NCBI GenBank assembly: GCA_903883645.1
Contig: CAISBR010000168.1
Location: 22,859-86,858, forward strand
Origin: an uncultured Myxococcales bacterium
GTDB lineage: Bacteria > Myxococcota_A > UBA9042
Reading direction: 5' to 3'
DNA: 64,000 nt
Under the pieces are notes generated by a model. It had not been told where the DNA came from. It saw only the letters and a program-made list of their open reading frames with translations, and did not search any database. Shown piece by piece: positions 50,734 to 60,929 of this stretch (its first letter is position 1; the number at the start of each line of letters is the position of its first letter). Made by a program: the position numbers and the translations under genes.

Positions 50734-51776
50734 CCTGCCTCCGCGGCCATTGTTGCGGCGAGCGCTCCGGCCATCAAGGTGATCTCGTGCTTATCATTGA
50801 AAAAGTGCTTGGCGCGGGCGAAGTAGCCGGCGTCGCGGCACACCTGCACTGCGGCATCAATCAGATCAAAATCGGGCCAGCCCTTGAACTTCATTTGAAT
50901 CACTAGCCGCTCGGCCAAGTGTTCGCCGCACCACATGTGCAGCAGCTCGGGCACACGCTGCGGATAGGCAATGATGTCGCTGACGATCCAGTCGACCGGT
51001 TGCGTCGGCCGCCACACAAAGGCGTCGCCGCTCACATAGTCGATAGTGCGGTCCGCCATCAGCCGCGGCGCCAATGCCGCCCGGTCTACCGCAGTGACCG
51101 CGGCGCCCAGCTGCCGCAGCACATGCGTCCAGCCACCTGGGCTCGCACCCAGATCGACCGCTCGGCTGCCTGGCCCTGGCGCTTCGCCCAAACAAGCCAA
51201 AGCTTCGCGCAGCTTACGAAAAGCGGACGACGGCGCTTGCGGCTCGTCGGGCGGGTTGGCCAGGCCTGCCGGCAACCGACTCGGCCAGCACATCCAGCCG
51301 CCCACCGGCTGCAGCGGTGCCACGCTGGCATAAGCGACATCCGCATCCATCAACAGCACCTGTACCAGCTTGTCGATGGGTGCCTGCCGCTCGGCCTTAT
51401 GTGGCAACTGCGCAAAAAGTGCCTTAGGTAGGGCCGCCTCGAGCAGGTCGGCGCGGCGACGCATCAGTGGATTTGGCTGTCCTTTAAGCTGGCCCGGCAC
51501 CAGTACGTGCACGGCAAAGCGGCCCGGCACGGCTGGCCAGCGACCGACAACGGCTGTCGCTACCGCCTCGGCCAGTTGCCGAATCGACTCGCCCCGCACT
51601 TCGCAGGCCATGGGCAAAACCTGCAGTGCATACACGGGATCCCAGCGCGCCGGCACGTCGTCGCCCAGGTCCGCCGCCACCAGCCCGGGCGCCAACGTAT
51701 GCGCCGCCGCACCCATGCGGGCTAACTCGGCAACTAGAACGTTTTCGTAGTCGTGGCGACCAGTAAAAAGCCACAC
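50730..51776 (-). CDS. rlmM: 23S rRNA 2'-O-ribose (C2498) methyltransferase RlmM-like
   Basis: The FtsJ-like motif AVDLGASPGGWTHVL is followed by ..WIVSDIIAYPQRV..IQMKFKGW.., which parallels E. coli RlmM (LGACPGGWT..MVCDMVEKP..NLKLPMKKR). Confidence 0.72.
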   Translation of the reverse strand: MWLFTGRHDYENVLVAELARMGAAAHTLAPGLVAADLGDDVPARWDPVYALQVLPMACEVRGESIRQLAEAVATAVVGRWPAVPGRFAVHVLVPGQLKGQPNPLMRRRADLLEAALPKALFAQLPHKAERQAPIDKLVQVLLMDADVAYASVAPLQPVGGWMCWPSRLPAGLANPPDEPQAPSSAFRKLREALACLGEAPGPGSRAVDLGASPGGWTHVLRQLGAAVTAVDRAALAPRLMADRTIDYVSGDAFVWRPTQPVDWIVSDIIAYPQRVPELLHMWCGEHLAERLVIQMKFKGWPDFDLIDAAVQVCRDAGYFARAKHFFNDKHEITLMAGALAATMAAEAG

Positions 51777-51800
51777 GAGCTGCCGCCTTTGTGTAAGAGT

Positions 51801-53093
51801 CTAGCTCGGTTGCAGGCGAGCCACCGCCGCATCGAGCCGGTCGAGTGCCTCGCTCAATTCTTGCTCGCCCACCGCGCCGACCGAAAGCCGGTGCCAGTGA
51901 CTCGCATGGCGCGCACCAAAGACGCTGAACGGCACGGTCGCCAGACCCACGTCGCTGAGCAGCCAACTGCGGATGTCGTCGGGCGTATCGAGCCGCTTGT
52001 CGCCGTCGCGCCACCCCGCCAAGGCGAATTCGGCCGACAGGTAGATGGCCCCCTGAGGCTGCAGGGTGCGAATGGGGTAACCCCGCTCACCTAAAGCGGA
52101 AAGTCGCTCGTGCAGCATCGTCAACCGCCGGCCTGCGGCGCCGCGAATGAAGTCGAGATAGCCATCGACCGCCGCATCGTCGCTCAAAAGCTGAGCTGCG
52201 GCGTACTGCTCGGCCTTGGGCGCCCAGGCCCCCACATGCCCGAGCACCTTGTTCATCGCCTCGACCACCGGCGCGGGCGCTACCGTCCAGCCGACGCGCA
52301 GACCCGTTGCGGCAAAAGACTTTGAGATACCATCGACATAGATGGTGTAGTCCACCATCGCCGGCAGCACACCGATGGGGTCGGCATGGCGGGTGTCGCC
52401 AAAGGTCAGCATCCAGTAAATCTGATCGTAGCAAACAAAAAGTGGCTTCAAGTTCAGCGACTTGCGCCGATCATTCTCGGCCACCACCGCCTGGCACAGC
52501 CGCAGCAATTCGCCCGGGTCAATGCACGTACCCGATGGATTCTGCGGCGAATTCAAGGCAATCAGCCGCGCATCGTGCAAGTGCGGAGCGATCACCTCGT
52601 ACGGCGCAAAGAAGTTATCGCCCGGCCCCACCGGCAGTTCGACGGGCTGGGCACCCAGCATGTGCGCGTAATGGTTGTTATTCCACGACGGCGTGGGGTA
52701 CACGACCTTGTCGCCGGGGCTCAAAATCGCGCGGTAGCAGCTGTATAAGATCGGCCGCGCCCCGCCGGCAATCAGCACGTGCTCGAGCGGCGGTGTCCAG
52801 CCCAGTCGCCGCGTACATTGCTGCTGCACCGCCTGGCGCAACTCTAAAATACCATTGGCTGGCGGGTAGTTGGTCCAGCCATCGCGCATGGCCTGCGCCG
52901 TCCCATCCAAAAGCTTTTGCGGCAGCGGATAGTGCTTGGGCTCAAAATCGCCGATGGTCAGGTTGCAGACCGTCTTGCCCGCCGCGACCAGCGCCCGCAC
53001 CTGCGCGGCAATGCCCAGAATCGGCGAAGCCTCAAGCGTTGCAGCCACTTGTGCAACACCAGACGCCAGCCACTCGGGCGAGGTCTGCGACAT
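51801..53093 (-). CDS. PLP-dependent aminotransferase, class I/II fold
   Basis: The product has ..NLTIGDFEPKHYPLP.. and ..YPTPSWNNNHYAHMLG..; the Schiff-base Lys is probably in ..YVDGISKSFAATGLRVGW... The start is taken at ATG 53093, which has an AAGGAG SD. The ORF-track start at 53153 is the alternative start. Confidence 0.8.
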   Translation of the reverse strand: MSQTSPEWLASGVAQVAATLEASPILGIAAQVRALVAAGKTVCNLTIGDFEPKHYPLPQKLLDGTAQAMRDGWTNYPPANGILELRQAVQQQCTRRLGWTPPLEHVLIAGGARPILYSCYRAILSPGDKVVYPTPSWNNNHYAHMLGAQPVELPVGPGDNFFAPYEVIAPHLHDARLIALNSPQNPSGTCIDPGELLRLCQAVVAENDRRKSLNLKPLFVCYDQIYWMLTFGDTRHADPIGVLPAMVDYTIYVDGISKSFAATGLRVGWTVAPAPVVEAMNKVLGHVGAWAPKAEQYAAAQLLSDDAAVDGYLDFIRGAAGRRLTMLHERLSALGERGYPIRTLQPQGAIYLSAEFALAGWRDGDKRLDTPDDIRSWLLSDVGLATVPFSVFGARHASHWHRLSVGAVGEQELSEALDRLDAAVARLQPS

Positions 53094-53192
53094 CGGAGCT
53101 CCTTGTCGGCTGAACGTGCCTTGGCGCTGGAACCCGCGGCGATGGTCACTCACGGGTCCCAGCCCAGGCTAAGTAGGCAGGTTTCTGAGATT

Positions 53193-54551
53193 CTAGTAGC
53201 GGTAGTGATCGGGCTTGTAGGGGCCCTCGACCGGCAGCCCCAGGTATTCAGCTTGCTTGGCAGTGAGTTGCGTGAGCTTGACGCCCAGCTTGCCCAGGTG
53301 CAGACGCGCGACCTCTTCGTCGAGCTTCTTGGGCAGCACGTGCACGCCCAGCTCGAACTTCTGAGTCCACAAGGCGATTTGCGCCAGGGTCTGGTTGGTA
53401 AAGCTCGACGACATCACGAACGAAGGGTGGCCGGCGGCGCAGCCCAAGTTCACCAAGCGGCCGCGCGCCAACACGATCAGGGCCTTCTGGGCCGCGCCGT
53501 CGACGCTGTCGAAGTGGAACAAATCGACCTGCGGCTTCACGTTTTCTTCGCGAATGCCGGCGGTGGTCTCGAGCCAGCGCATGTCGACTTCGCTGTCGAA
53601 GTGCCCGATATTGCAGAGGATCGCGTGGTCCTTCATGTTCTTCATGTGCTCGCCGGTGACGACGTCGCAGCAGCCCGTGGCGGTGACGACCACATCGGCG
53701 AGCGGTGCGGCCTCGTCCATGGTGACCACTTCGTAGCCTTCCATCGACGCCTGCAGGGCGCAGATCGGGTCGATCTCGGTGATGAGCACGCGGGCGCCAA
53801 AGCCGCGCATCGACTGCGCCGAGCCCTTGCCCACATCGCCGTAACCGCAGACAACTACGGTCTTACCGGCCATCATCACGCCCGTGGCGCGCTTGATACC
53901 GTCGACCAGCGACTCGCGGCAGCCGTACAAGTTGTCGAACTTGCTTTTGGTGACCGAGTCGTTGACGTTGATCGCCGGCACCTTGAGGTCGCCACGGGCA
54001 AAGGCCTGGTACAGCCGGTGCACGCCGGTGGTGGTCTCTTCGCTGAGGCCCTTGATATCTGCGAGCAATTGCGGGTACTTCTGGTGAATCCACCAGGTCA
54101 GATCGCCGCCGTCGTCCAGGATCAGGTTCGGCGCTAGGCCGCCCTCAAACGCATAGATCTGCTGATCGAGGCACCAGTCGTATTCTTCAAGGGTTTCGCC
54201 CTTCCAGGCGTAGACCGGAATACCCACGGCGGCGATGGCGGCCGCGGCGTGGTCCTGGGTCGAGTAGATGTTGCACGACGTCCAAGTCACATCAGCGCCT
54301 AGGATTTTCAGCGTCTCGATCAGCACCGCAGTCTGGATCGTCATGTGCAGGCACCCGGCGATCCGCGCGCCCTTGAGCGGCAAGGTCGGGCCGTACTGCT
54401 CGCGCAGCGCCATCAGACCGGGCATTTCTTTTTCGGCGATCTTGATCTCTTTGCGGCCCCAGTCGGCCAGGCCCATGTCGGCGACCTTGTAGGTCAAACG
54501 GCCGCTGGTCGCGGTCTGGCTAGTGGCAGTGCTGGCAATCGTGGCGGTCAT
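53193..54551 (-). CDS. ahcY: Adenosylhomocysteinase (S-adenosyl-L-homocysteine hydrolase)
   Basis: The N-terminus ..[30 protein letters not shown].. is followed by an NAD-binding motif ..[16 protein letters not shown]... An AGGAGAG SD is present. Confidence 0.9.
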   Translation of the reverse strand: MTATIASTATSQTATSGRLTYKVADMGLADWGRKEIKIAEKEMPGLMALREQYGPTLPLKGARIAGCLHMTIQTAVLIETLKILGADVTWTSCNIYSTQDHAAAAIAAVGIPVYAWKGETLEEYDWCLDQQIYAFEGGLAPNLILDDGGDLTWWIHQKYPQLLADIKGLSEETTTGVHRLYQAFARGDLKVPAINVNDSVTKSKFDNLYGCRESLVDGIKRATGVMMAGKTVVVCGYGDVGKGSAQSMRGFGARVLITEIDPICALQASMEGYEVVTMDEAAPLADVVVTATGCCDVVTGEHMKNMKDHAILCNIGHFDSEVDMRWLETTAGIREENVKPQVDLFHFDSVDGAAQKALIVLARGRLVNLGCAAGHPSFVMSSSFTNQTLAQIALWTQKFELGVHVLPKKLDEEVARLHLGKLGVKLTQLTAKQAEYLGLPVEGPYKPDHYRY

Positions 54552-54802
54552 CGGACTCTCCTACTTGGCGTGCGGCCGGTTGTTGGCCTACTCGCTGGGA
54601 TGGTGGGCGGGCCTAAAAAGGTGCTCGCAGGGGCAAAAAACGGCCAGCGCGCGGGCCGCAGCTTCGGCAATCGGGCCGAAAGGCACAGTAGTGTGCCCAA
54701 AAAATGCGCCGCGGCCAAGGGCGAATTTCGCCCGGTGATGTGATAAACCGCCTGCCATCGCGGCGATTCCTGGCGCCGCATCCCTTTTATACTGGAGTTC
54801 TT

Positions 54803-56347
54803 GTGCACAACGGCTCGCGCATCTTGGTCCTCGACTTTGGCTCGCAGTACACCATGTTAATTGCCCGGCGAATTCGCGAGCTTGGCGTGTATTGCGAGAT
54901 TTGGCCCTGCACCACCGCCGCCGATCGCATCGCCGCCTTTGGGGCAAACGGCGTGATCTTATCGGGCGGTCCGGCCTCGGTTTACGACACAGGCGCGCCC
55001 CAGTTGCCGCAGGTGCTCGATCTGGGGGTGCCGTTGCTGGGAATTTGTTACGGAATGCAGGTGATGGCCCACGCCCTTGGCGGTCGAGTCGCTCCGGGTG
55101 CCACCCGCGAATACGGGCAAGCGGCCTTGACCGCGCTCGATCCGAGCTGCCGCTTGCTCGCCGATGTCGACGACGGTGCGCAAGTGTGGATGAGCCATGG
55201 CGATCACGTGGCCGAGCTGCCCACGGACTTTGTGCCGGCGGCGCGATCGCGCGATGGTCTGCTGGCGGCGGTGCAGCACGCGAGCAAACCCTGGTACGGC
55301 CTGCAGTTTCACCCCGAAGTGGAGCACAGCCCCTGTGGCCGGGCGATCTTGCAGCGCTTTGTGTTTGAGATCTGCCGCTGCCGCGCCGACTGGAGCATGG
55401 AGGCCTTTGCCGACACGGCGATCGCGGCGATCCGCACGCAAGTAGGCGAGGGCAGGGTACTTTGCGGTCTTTCGGGTGGCGTCGACTCGTCGGTGGTGGC
55501 GGCGCTGCTGCACCGGGCGATCGGGCCGCGGCTGCAGTGCGTGATGGTCGACAACGGTCTGCTGCGCCACGGCGAGGTCGAGCAAGTTAAGATGATCTTT
55601 GAAGAAGGTTTGGGTCTGCCGCTGCTGGTCGTCGATGCGCGCGCGCAGTTCTTGTCGGCCCTGGCGGGGGTCGTCGATCCCGAGAAGAAACGTAAAGCTA
55701 TCGGCCGGCTGTTTATCGAGGTCTTTGAGCAGGCGATTGCCCAATTGGGTGTGCAGTTCGACTTCTTGGCCCAGGGCACGCTCTACCCCGATGTGATTGA
55801 ATCGGTATCGTTTTCTGGTCCATCTGTCACGATCAAGTCGCACCACAATGTGGGCGGGCTGCCCGAACGGATGCGCATGGCCTTGGTCGAGCCGCTGCGC
55901 GAGCTATTCAAAGACGAAGTCCGCGTTTTGGGAAGGGCTTTGGGCATGCCGCCGAGCCTTGTTGACCGCCAACCCTTCCCTGGGCCCGGTCTCGCGGTGC
56001 GTATTTTGGGCGATGTGACGGCCGAGCGGGTGGCGCTTTTGCAGCGGGCCGATGCGATCGTGCGCGCCGAGATCGACGCGTGGCCCGGTCATGTCGAGCT
56101 TTGGCAGTACTTTGCCGTACTTCTGCCCATTCAGTCGGTGGGGGTAATGGGCGACCAGCGCACCTACGAGGCCACATGTGCCGTGCGCGCCGTCACGTCG
56201 GTCGATGGCATGACGGCCGATTGGGCGGACCTGCCCAAGGCGCTGCTGGGACGGATTTCGTCGCGTATTATCAACGAAGTGCGTGGAATTAATCGTGTTG
56301 TCTACGATATTTCGTCAAAGCCGCCAGCCACCATCGAGTGGGAGTAG
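54803..56347 (+). CDS. guaA: GMP synthase (glutamine-hydrolysing)
   Basis: ..RILVLDFGSQYTMLIARRIRELGVYCEIW.. matches the E. coli GuaA N-terminus. The PP-loop is SGGVDSSV. The start is taken at GTG 54803 with GGAG upstream. The ORF-track extension to 54704 has no homology. Confidence 0.9.
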   Translation: MHNGSRILVLDFGSQYTMLIARRIRELGVYCEIWPCTTAADRIAAFGANGVILSGGPASVYDTGAPQLPQVLDLGVPLLGICYGMQVMAHALGGRVAPGATREYGQAALTALDPSCRLLADVDDGAQVWMSHGDHVAELPTDFVPAARSRDGLLAAVQHASKPWYGLQFHPEVEHSPCGRAILQRFVFEICRCRADWSMEAFADTAIAAIRTQVGEGRVLCGLSGGVDSSVVAALLHRAIGPRLQCVMVDNGLLRHGEVEQVKMIFEEGLGLPLLVVDARAQFLSALAGVVDPEKKRKAIGRLFIEVFEQAIAQLGVQFDFLAQGTLYPDVIESVSFSGPSVTIKSHHNVGGLPERMRMALVEPLRELFKDEVRVLGRALGMPPSLVDRQPFPGPGLAVRILGDVTAERVALLQRADAIVRAEIDAWPGHVELWQYFAVLLPIQSVGVMGDQRTYEATCAVRAVTSVDGMTADWADLPKALLGRISSRIINEVRGINRVVYDISSKPPATIEWE

Positions 56348-56434
56348 CGGCCCTTTGGCGCCACCGTGACACGGTTGTCATGGTCGAGGCTGCAAAATGT
56401 GGCGCGGACTCCGAGCGTTTGTATCCTTGCGGCT

Positions 56435-58201
56435 ATGCGCCCTCTGGCCACCAATCCAACCAACCCCCTCACGAACCGCCTCGCTGCGGTTTTGGCGTGT
56501 GGCCTGCTCGTGCTCGGCGCGCTTGCCCCAACGCTCGCCTTTGCCGGCGCCGCCACGCCCAGTGGGGGATGCCCGCCGCCGCCCAATACGCTGGCGATCA
56601 CCGAGTATGCGGTGGGTGAGGGCGACCAACCCCGCTGGCTAGAGCTGGTGAACCCGGGCGGCTATGCGATTTCACTGCAGAATGTGCAGTTGGTGATCAA
56701 GGGGCCCCCCGGGGCGCCCGGCAAGCCCCCCAGCGAAGTGCAGAGCTACGAGCTCGGCAACCTGGTCGACGAAGTTCCGGCCGGCGAGTACGTAGCGTTC
56801 GGCTTCGTGCCGGCGGGCCCCTCGCTGGCGCTCCTAAAACTAAAAGTTATTGATTTAGGTGTTGAATTTTCGCTGCCGTGCGCGGCCAAGGCCAGTCTTG
56901 AGGGGCCGGCCGGTGTGATCGATATGCTGAGTTGGGATGTGTGCAAGGCCAAGTCGACTCCGACATGGGGTCTAGACCCTGCGCAGATCTCGCCCTGTAA
57001 GAACGACGAGCCGAGCAATTGGTGCGCGGCGCAGCTCGACCCCAATGGCAGTCCCAAACTCCTTGGCACGCCTGGCAAGTCCAATACGCCGTGCGACGTG
57101 GATGGCGATGGCATCCCGTCGGTAGCGGGCGCGGGCGGCGAGGCGGATTGCGACGACAAGAACAAAGCCGTCTTCCCCGGCGCCGTAGAGGTGTGCAATG
57201 GCCAAGACGACGACTGCAACGGCCTAACCGACGACAGTCCCTCGGTTCCACTGGGCACGTGCCCCGCGACCGGCGTGTGCAGCGGCGCCCAACCCGTGTG
57301 CTACGGCGCGGCCGGGTTTGCGTGTGCGATGCCCGCCGGCTACGAGCCCGTGACCGAGACCTTGTGCGACAGCCAAGACAACGACTGCGACGGCTTGACC
57401 GACGAGGGGCTAACCAACGCCTGCGGCACCTGCGGCACGGCCCCGCCTGAGGAGTGCAACGGCAAGGACGACGACTGCAACGGCATGACCGACGACGTTG
57501 TTTCGCTGCCCAACCAGTGCACCACTACGGGTGTGTGCGCGCTATCGAAGCCCGCGTGCGTGGGCGGCGTGCTGGGCTGCGAGATGCCGCTGTCGTTCCA
57601 AGTTACCGAAACTCTTTGCGACGGCTTGGACAATGACTGCGATGGCCATACCGATGAAGAGATGGGTGTTAAGGACAGTGATCGCGGAATCTCGGCGTCG
57701 TCGTGCACGTACGGTACTGGAGTGTGCACCCGCCCAGGCGAGCGGTTCTGTGCGCTCGACGGAACGGTCGTTTGCAAAGCCGAGCTGGTCAGCGGCACCG
57801 CCGAGATCTGCGGCGACGCGCTCGACAACGACTGCGACGGCGAGACCGACGAAGACTTCAAAGCCGTGGGCAGCGCGTGCACCAGCGGGCTCGGCATATG
57901 CAAAGTGAACGGCAAGGCGGTGTGCAGCGCCGACAAGCACGCGGTGGCATGCAGTGCACAGCCTTTAAAATCATTAGGATACGAGGTGTGCGGCAACCAG
58001 CTCGACGACAATTGCGACGGCCAGATCGACGAGCAGCCATGCCAAGATGCAGCGCAGTCCTCGTGCTCGGCGAAGTCGGGTGCGGGCCCAGCTGGCGGGT
58101 GGTCGATGCTGGCCGTGCTGCTGGCCGTGCTGCTGGCAGTGGTCGGCATGCGTCGTCGCGGCTCTGCGCACCCTAACCGGCTTGCGCGCGGCGCACCTTG
58201 A
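56435..58201 (+). CDS. Secreted protein: lamin-tail domain plus MopE-like putative metal-binding repeats plus a MYXO-CTERM-type C-terminal sorting tail
   Basis: A signal peptide precedes the LTD-like segment LAITEYAVGEGDQPRWLELVNPGGYAISLQNVQLVIKG. There are 7 or more CDVDGDGIP../CNGQDDDCNGLTDD.. repeats. The C-terminus ..SSCSAKSGAGPAGGWSMLAVLLAVLLAVVGMRRRG fits the MYXO-CTERM Cys/Gly-rich, TM, Arg pattern. Confidence 0.8.
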   Translation: MRPLATNPTNPLTNRLAAVLACGLLVLGALAPTLAFAGAATPSGGCPPPPNTLAITEYAVGEGDQPRWLELVNPGGYAISLQNVQLVIKGPPGAPGKPPSEVQSYELGNLVDEVPAGEYVAFGFVPAGPSLALLKLKVIDLGVEFSLPCAAKASLEGPAGVIDMLSWDVCKAKSTPTWGLDPAQISPCKNDEPSNWCAAQLDPNGSPKLLGTPGKSNTPCDVDGDGIPSVAGAGGEADCDDKNKAVFPGAVEVCNGQDDDCNGLTDDSPSVPLGTCPATGVCSGAQPVCYGAAGFACAMPAGYEPVTETLCDSQDNDCDGLTDEGLTNACGTCGTAPPEECNGKDDDCNGMTDDVVSLPNQCTTTGVCALSKPACVGGVLGCEMPLSFQVTETLCDGLDNDCDGHTDEEMGVKDSDRGISASSCTYGTGVCTRPGERFCALDGTVVCKAELVSGTAEICGDALDNDCDGETDEDFKAVGSACTSGLGICKVNGKAVCSADKHAVACSAQPLKSLGYEVCGNQLDDNCDGQIDEQPCQDAAQSSCSAKSGAGPAGGWSMLAVLLAVLLAVVGMRRRGSAHPNRLARGAP

Positions 58202-58217
58202 CCGCTATGCTCCGATA

Positions 58218-60851
58218 ATGCGCCGATTTACTGCTCGCCTTAGCCCCTGCAACCTCCTGCCGCGCGGCCTGATCGCCGCCCTTGCCCTGTGCCTACTGGT
58301 CGGGTTTGGCTGCGGCGACGACCCAGCCCCCACCGCGACGGCCACCGATTCGCAAGCCGATGTCGCAGTCGATGCGGGCTCGGACTTGGCCGCTGTCGAC
58401 GTCGGCTCGGTCACCGTCAAGACCGATGCGGTGGGGCCATACGCCAAGCAATGCGAGGCCGGGGCGCAGGTGTGCGACGACGGAAATCCTTGCACTACAG
58501 ATGGTTGTGACCCTGTGACGGGCTGTACAAGCGTGGTGCGCGACTGCGGCGACGGCGACCCCTGCACCATCGATGTATGCAACGTGGCGAGCGGTGACTG
58601 CCAGCACCAAGTCGAGGACTGCGACGACGGTAACGCTTGCACCACAGGCACTTGCAAGGCAGGGCAGGGCTGCCTGTTCAGCGCTACCGACTGCAGCGAC
58701 GGCGACTTGTGCACGGCCGACGGCTGCACGCCCGGTGGCGGCTGCCAGCACAGCAAGCTCAACTGCGACGACGGCATCTCGTGCAGCGTCGACAGCTGCG
58801 ACCCCACCAAGGGCTGCGTCAACGCCAAGCCCGAGGGGGCGAAATGCTGCGAAGCGCCGATCGATTGCGAAGACGGCGACGTGTGCACGGCGCACAGCTG
58901 CGTGGGCGGTCTGTGCCAAAACCAGGCCATATTCAGCTGCTGTAGCAAAAAGGCCGACTGCGATGACGGCAACGCCTGCACAGACGACAACTGCCTGACA
59001 GACAACGGCTCGTGCACCCACACGGTCTTGGCCAAGTCCGGCTGCTGCATGGTCGACCTCGACTGCGACGACGGCGCCGCCTGCACCCAAGACCGCTGCC
59101 AGGGCAACACCTGCGACCACGAGCCGATTTGCTGTTCGAGCAAGGGCGATTGCGGCCCCCTCGTGGTCGGCGCCGAACTGTGCGCGGCGGCCACCTGCAC
59201 CGACGGCAGCTGCGGCGTCGTGGCGGTGACCACAGCCGGCGCCGGCAAAGCACCCGCGACATGCTGCCAAGACAGCGTCGCAACTGCGAATTTCGACGGT
59301 GACGTCAGCTGGAAAACCACGCTCATCCCCTCGAAGACGGCGGCCTGGAGCGTGGTCGCCACGGGGGGCAAGTCGGGCGGCGGCCTCAAGTTTGCCGCGG
59401 TGGCAGGTGGCACGCCCGGCGGCGGTTCACTGGCACAGGCGCGGTTTGCCGCGATCACCTTGCCGATCGGCGTCGAGAGCACGCTCACGTTCAGCTTCAT
59501 CGGCACACTGGGAGCAGGCGATCAGGTGCGATTGCGCGTAGTTACCTCGGCCGGTAGCTGGCTGATTTGGCAGGGCAGCAACGTGGGCAGCTGGGCCACC
59601 GCGTCGATCGACATGACCGGCCTGGGCAGCCGCGCCAGCACCCGCAATGTGCAGCTCTGGTTCGAGGTAGTGGGTGCTAAGGGCTCGAGCTCAGGCTGGA
59701 TTTTGGACGATCTGGCCATCGCCAGCACCTGCAAGCCGCGCACCTGCAGCAGCGCGGGGCAGTGCAGCGACAACATGGGCGCTACCAGCGACAACTGCAG
59801 TGGCGGCCTCTGCAACTACGCCCCGTCGAAAGACTATTGCGAGAATAACTCGGCGACATGCGGCGACGGCGACCTATGCACCACCGACGTGTGCTCCAGC
59901 TTTGCCTGCCTGCACCTAAAGGTGGGCAACTGCTGCCACAACCAGAGCGAATGCGACGATTTTAACCCCTGCACCCAAGACTTCTGCGATGGCAATAACC
60001 AGTGCAAACACAACCTGTTACCTGGCGACATCTGCTGCAATACCGCGGCCGACTGCGGCGATGGCAAGGTCTGCACGCAAGACCTGTGCCCCAGCGTGGG
60101 CATGCCGTGCCAGCACACCACGACCGACGCCAACTGTTGCGACACGGTCAAAGACTGCAGCGATGGCAACGACTGCACCTTGGACAGCTGCGGCAAAAAT
60201 CAATGCAGTCACAAGAACATATGCTGCAAGATCGACGCCGACTGCAACGACGGCGACGATGTGTGCACCAGCGACGCCTGCCTAGCGGGCAAGTGCGCGT
60301 GGACCAAGCTGCAGAAGCCTGAATGCTGTGATCCCAGCTTGTTTACAACGGATTTTGAAAGCGGCTTGCCCGCGGCCATGGTCACGGGTGGCACCAGCGC
60401 GGTGGTCAAGTGGCAGCCCGTCACCGGCAAAAAGGCTCACAGCGGCAGCAGTTCGCTCTACTATGGCAATCCCGCCGCGGGCAACTACGACGACAACGGC
60501 GCAGTCAGCACCGGCGATGTGAGTTGGAAGACCGCATTTTCGCTACCGGCCGGCGAAAAGCTGAGCTTTAGCTTCTGGTTGTGGATGGACACCGAGAGCG
60601 GCAGCTACGACAACCTGACCGTGCAAGTGGTCGAGGCCGGCGCTCTGCCGAGCAAGGCGTGGGACAAGTCGGTGGCCACTCCGTCGGTAACCATGCAGAA
60701 CTGGCAGCAGATCACCGTCGATCTGAGCGCCTGGGCTGGCAAAAGCGTGACGGTGACCCTGCATTTCGACACGGTCGACAGCATCGCCAACGGCAGTGAG
60801 GGCGTGTACTTAGACGACATTAGCCTGACGCGAACCTGTACCGCGCCCTAG
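58218..60851 (+). CDS. Large lipoprotein made of Myxococcus-type cysteine-rich repeats (DUF4215) with non-repeat C-terminal domains
   Basis: The lipobox is ..LCLLVGFGCGDD. There are dozens of DGNPCTTDGCDPVTGC / DCDDGNACT.. units. The start is taken at ATG 58218; the ORF-track start at 58047 overlaps the upstream gene. Confidence 0.8.
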   Translation: MRRFTARLSPCNLLPRGLIAALALCLLVGFGCGDDPAPTATATDSQADVAVDAGSDLAAVDVGSVTVKTDAVGPYAKQCEAGAQVCDDGNPCTTDGCDPVTGCTSVVRDCGDGDPCTIDVCNVASGDCQHQVEDCDDGNACTTGTCKAGQGCLFSATDCSDGDLCTADGCTPGGGCQHSKLNCDDGISCSVDSCDPTKGCVNAKPEGAKCCEAPIDCEDGDVCTAHSCVGGLCQNQAIFSCCSKKADCDDGNACTDDNCLTDNGSCTHTVLAKSGCCMVDLDCDDGAACTQDRCQGNTCDHEPICCSSKGDCGPLVVGAELCAAATCTDGSCGVVAVTTAGAGKAPATCCQDSVATANFDGDVSWKTTLIPSKTAAWSVVATGGKSGGGLKFAAVAGGTPGGGSLAQARFAAITLPIGVESTLTFSFIGTLGAGDQVRLRVVTSAGSWLIWQGSNVGSWATASIDMTGLGSRASTRNVQLWFEVVGAKGSSSGWILDDLAIASTCKPRTCSSAGQCSDNMGATSDNCSGGLCNYAPSKDYCENNSATCGDGDLCTTDVCSSFACLHLKVGNCCHNQSECDDFNPCTQDFCDGNNQCKHNLLPGDICCNTAADCGDGKVCTQDLCPSVGMPCQHTTTDANCCDTVKDCSDGNDCTLDSCGKNQCSHKNICCKIDADCNDGDDVCTSDACLAGKCAWTKLQKPECCDPSLFTTDFESGLPAAMVTGGTSAVVKWQPVTGKKAHSGSSSLYYGNPAAGNYDDNGAVSTGDVSWKTAFSLPAGEKLSFSFWLWMDTESGSYDNLTVQVVEAGALPSKAWDKSVATPSVTMQNWQQITVDLSAWAGKSVTVTLHFDTVDSIANGSEGVYLDDISLTRTCTAP

Positions 60852-60929
60852 CGAACCGCTTCAGTCCTTGACGCCGCATTCTTGGCGATCGATGCTGCGG
60901 CAGCGGCCTTTGCTGCAAGACCCAAGGCG

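Noticed and set aside
54552-54802. TTCCTG-15-TATACT promoter-like element just upstream of guaA
   Set aside because: The -10-like TATACT would place the TSS within about 5 nt of the GTG start and on top of the SD. It more likely reflects coding or SD context, so it is not called.
54959-55846. 295 aa minus-strand ORF inside guaA
   Set aside because: Antisense shadow of GMP synthase.
58205-59506. 433 aa minus-strand ORF (and 58293..59270, 325 aa) opposite the DUF4215 lipoprotein gene
   Set aside because: Ser/Pro/Gln-rich or Ala/Val-rich low-complexity. It is the antisense of Cys/Asp-codon-rich repeats.
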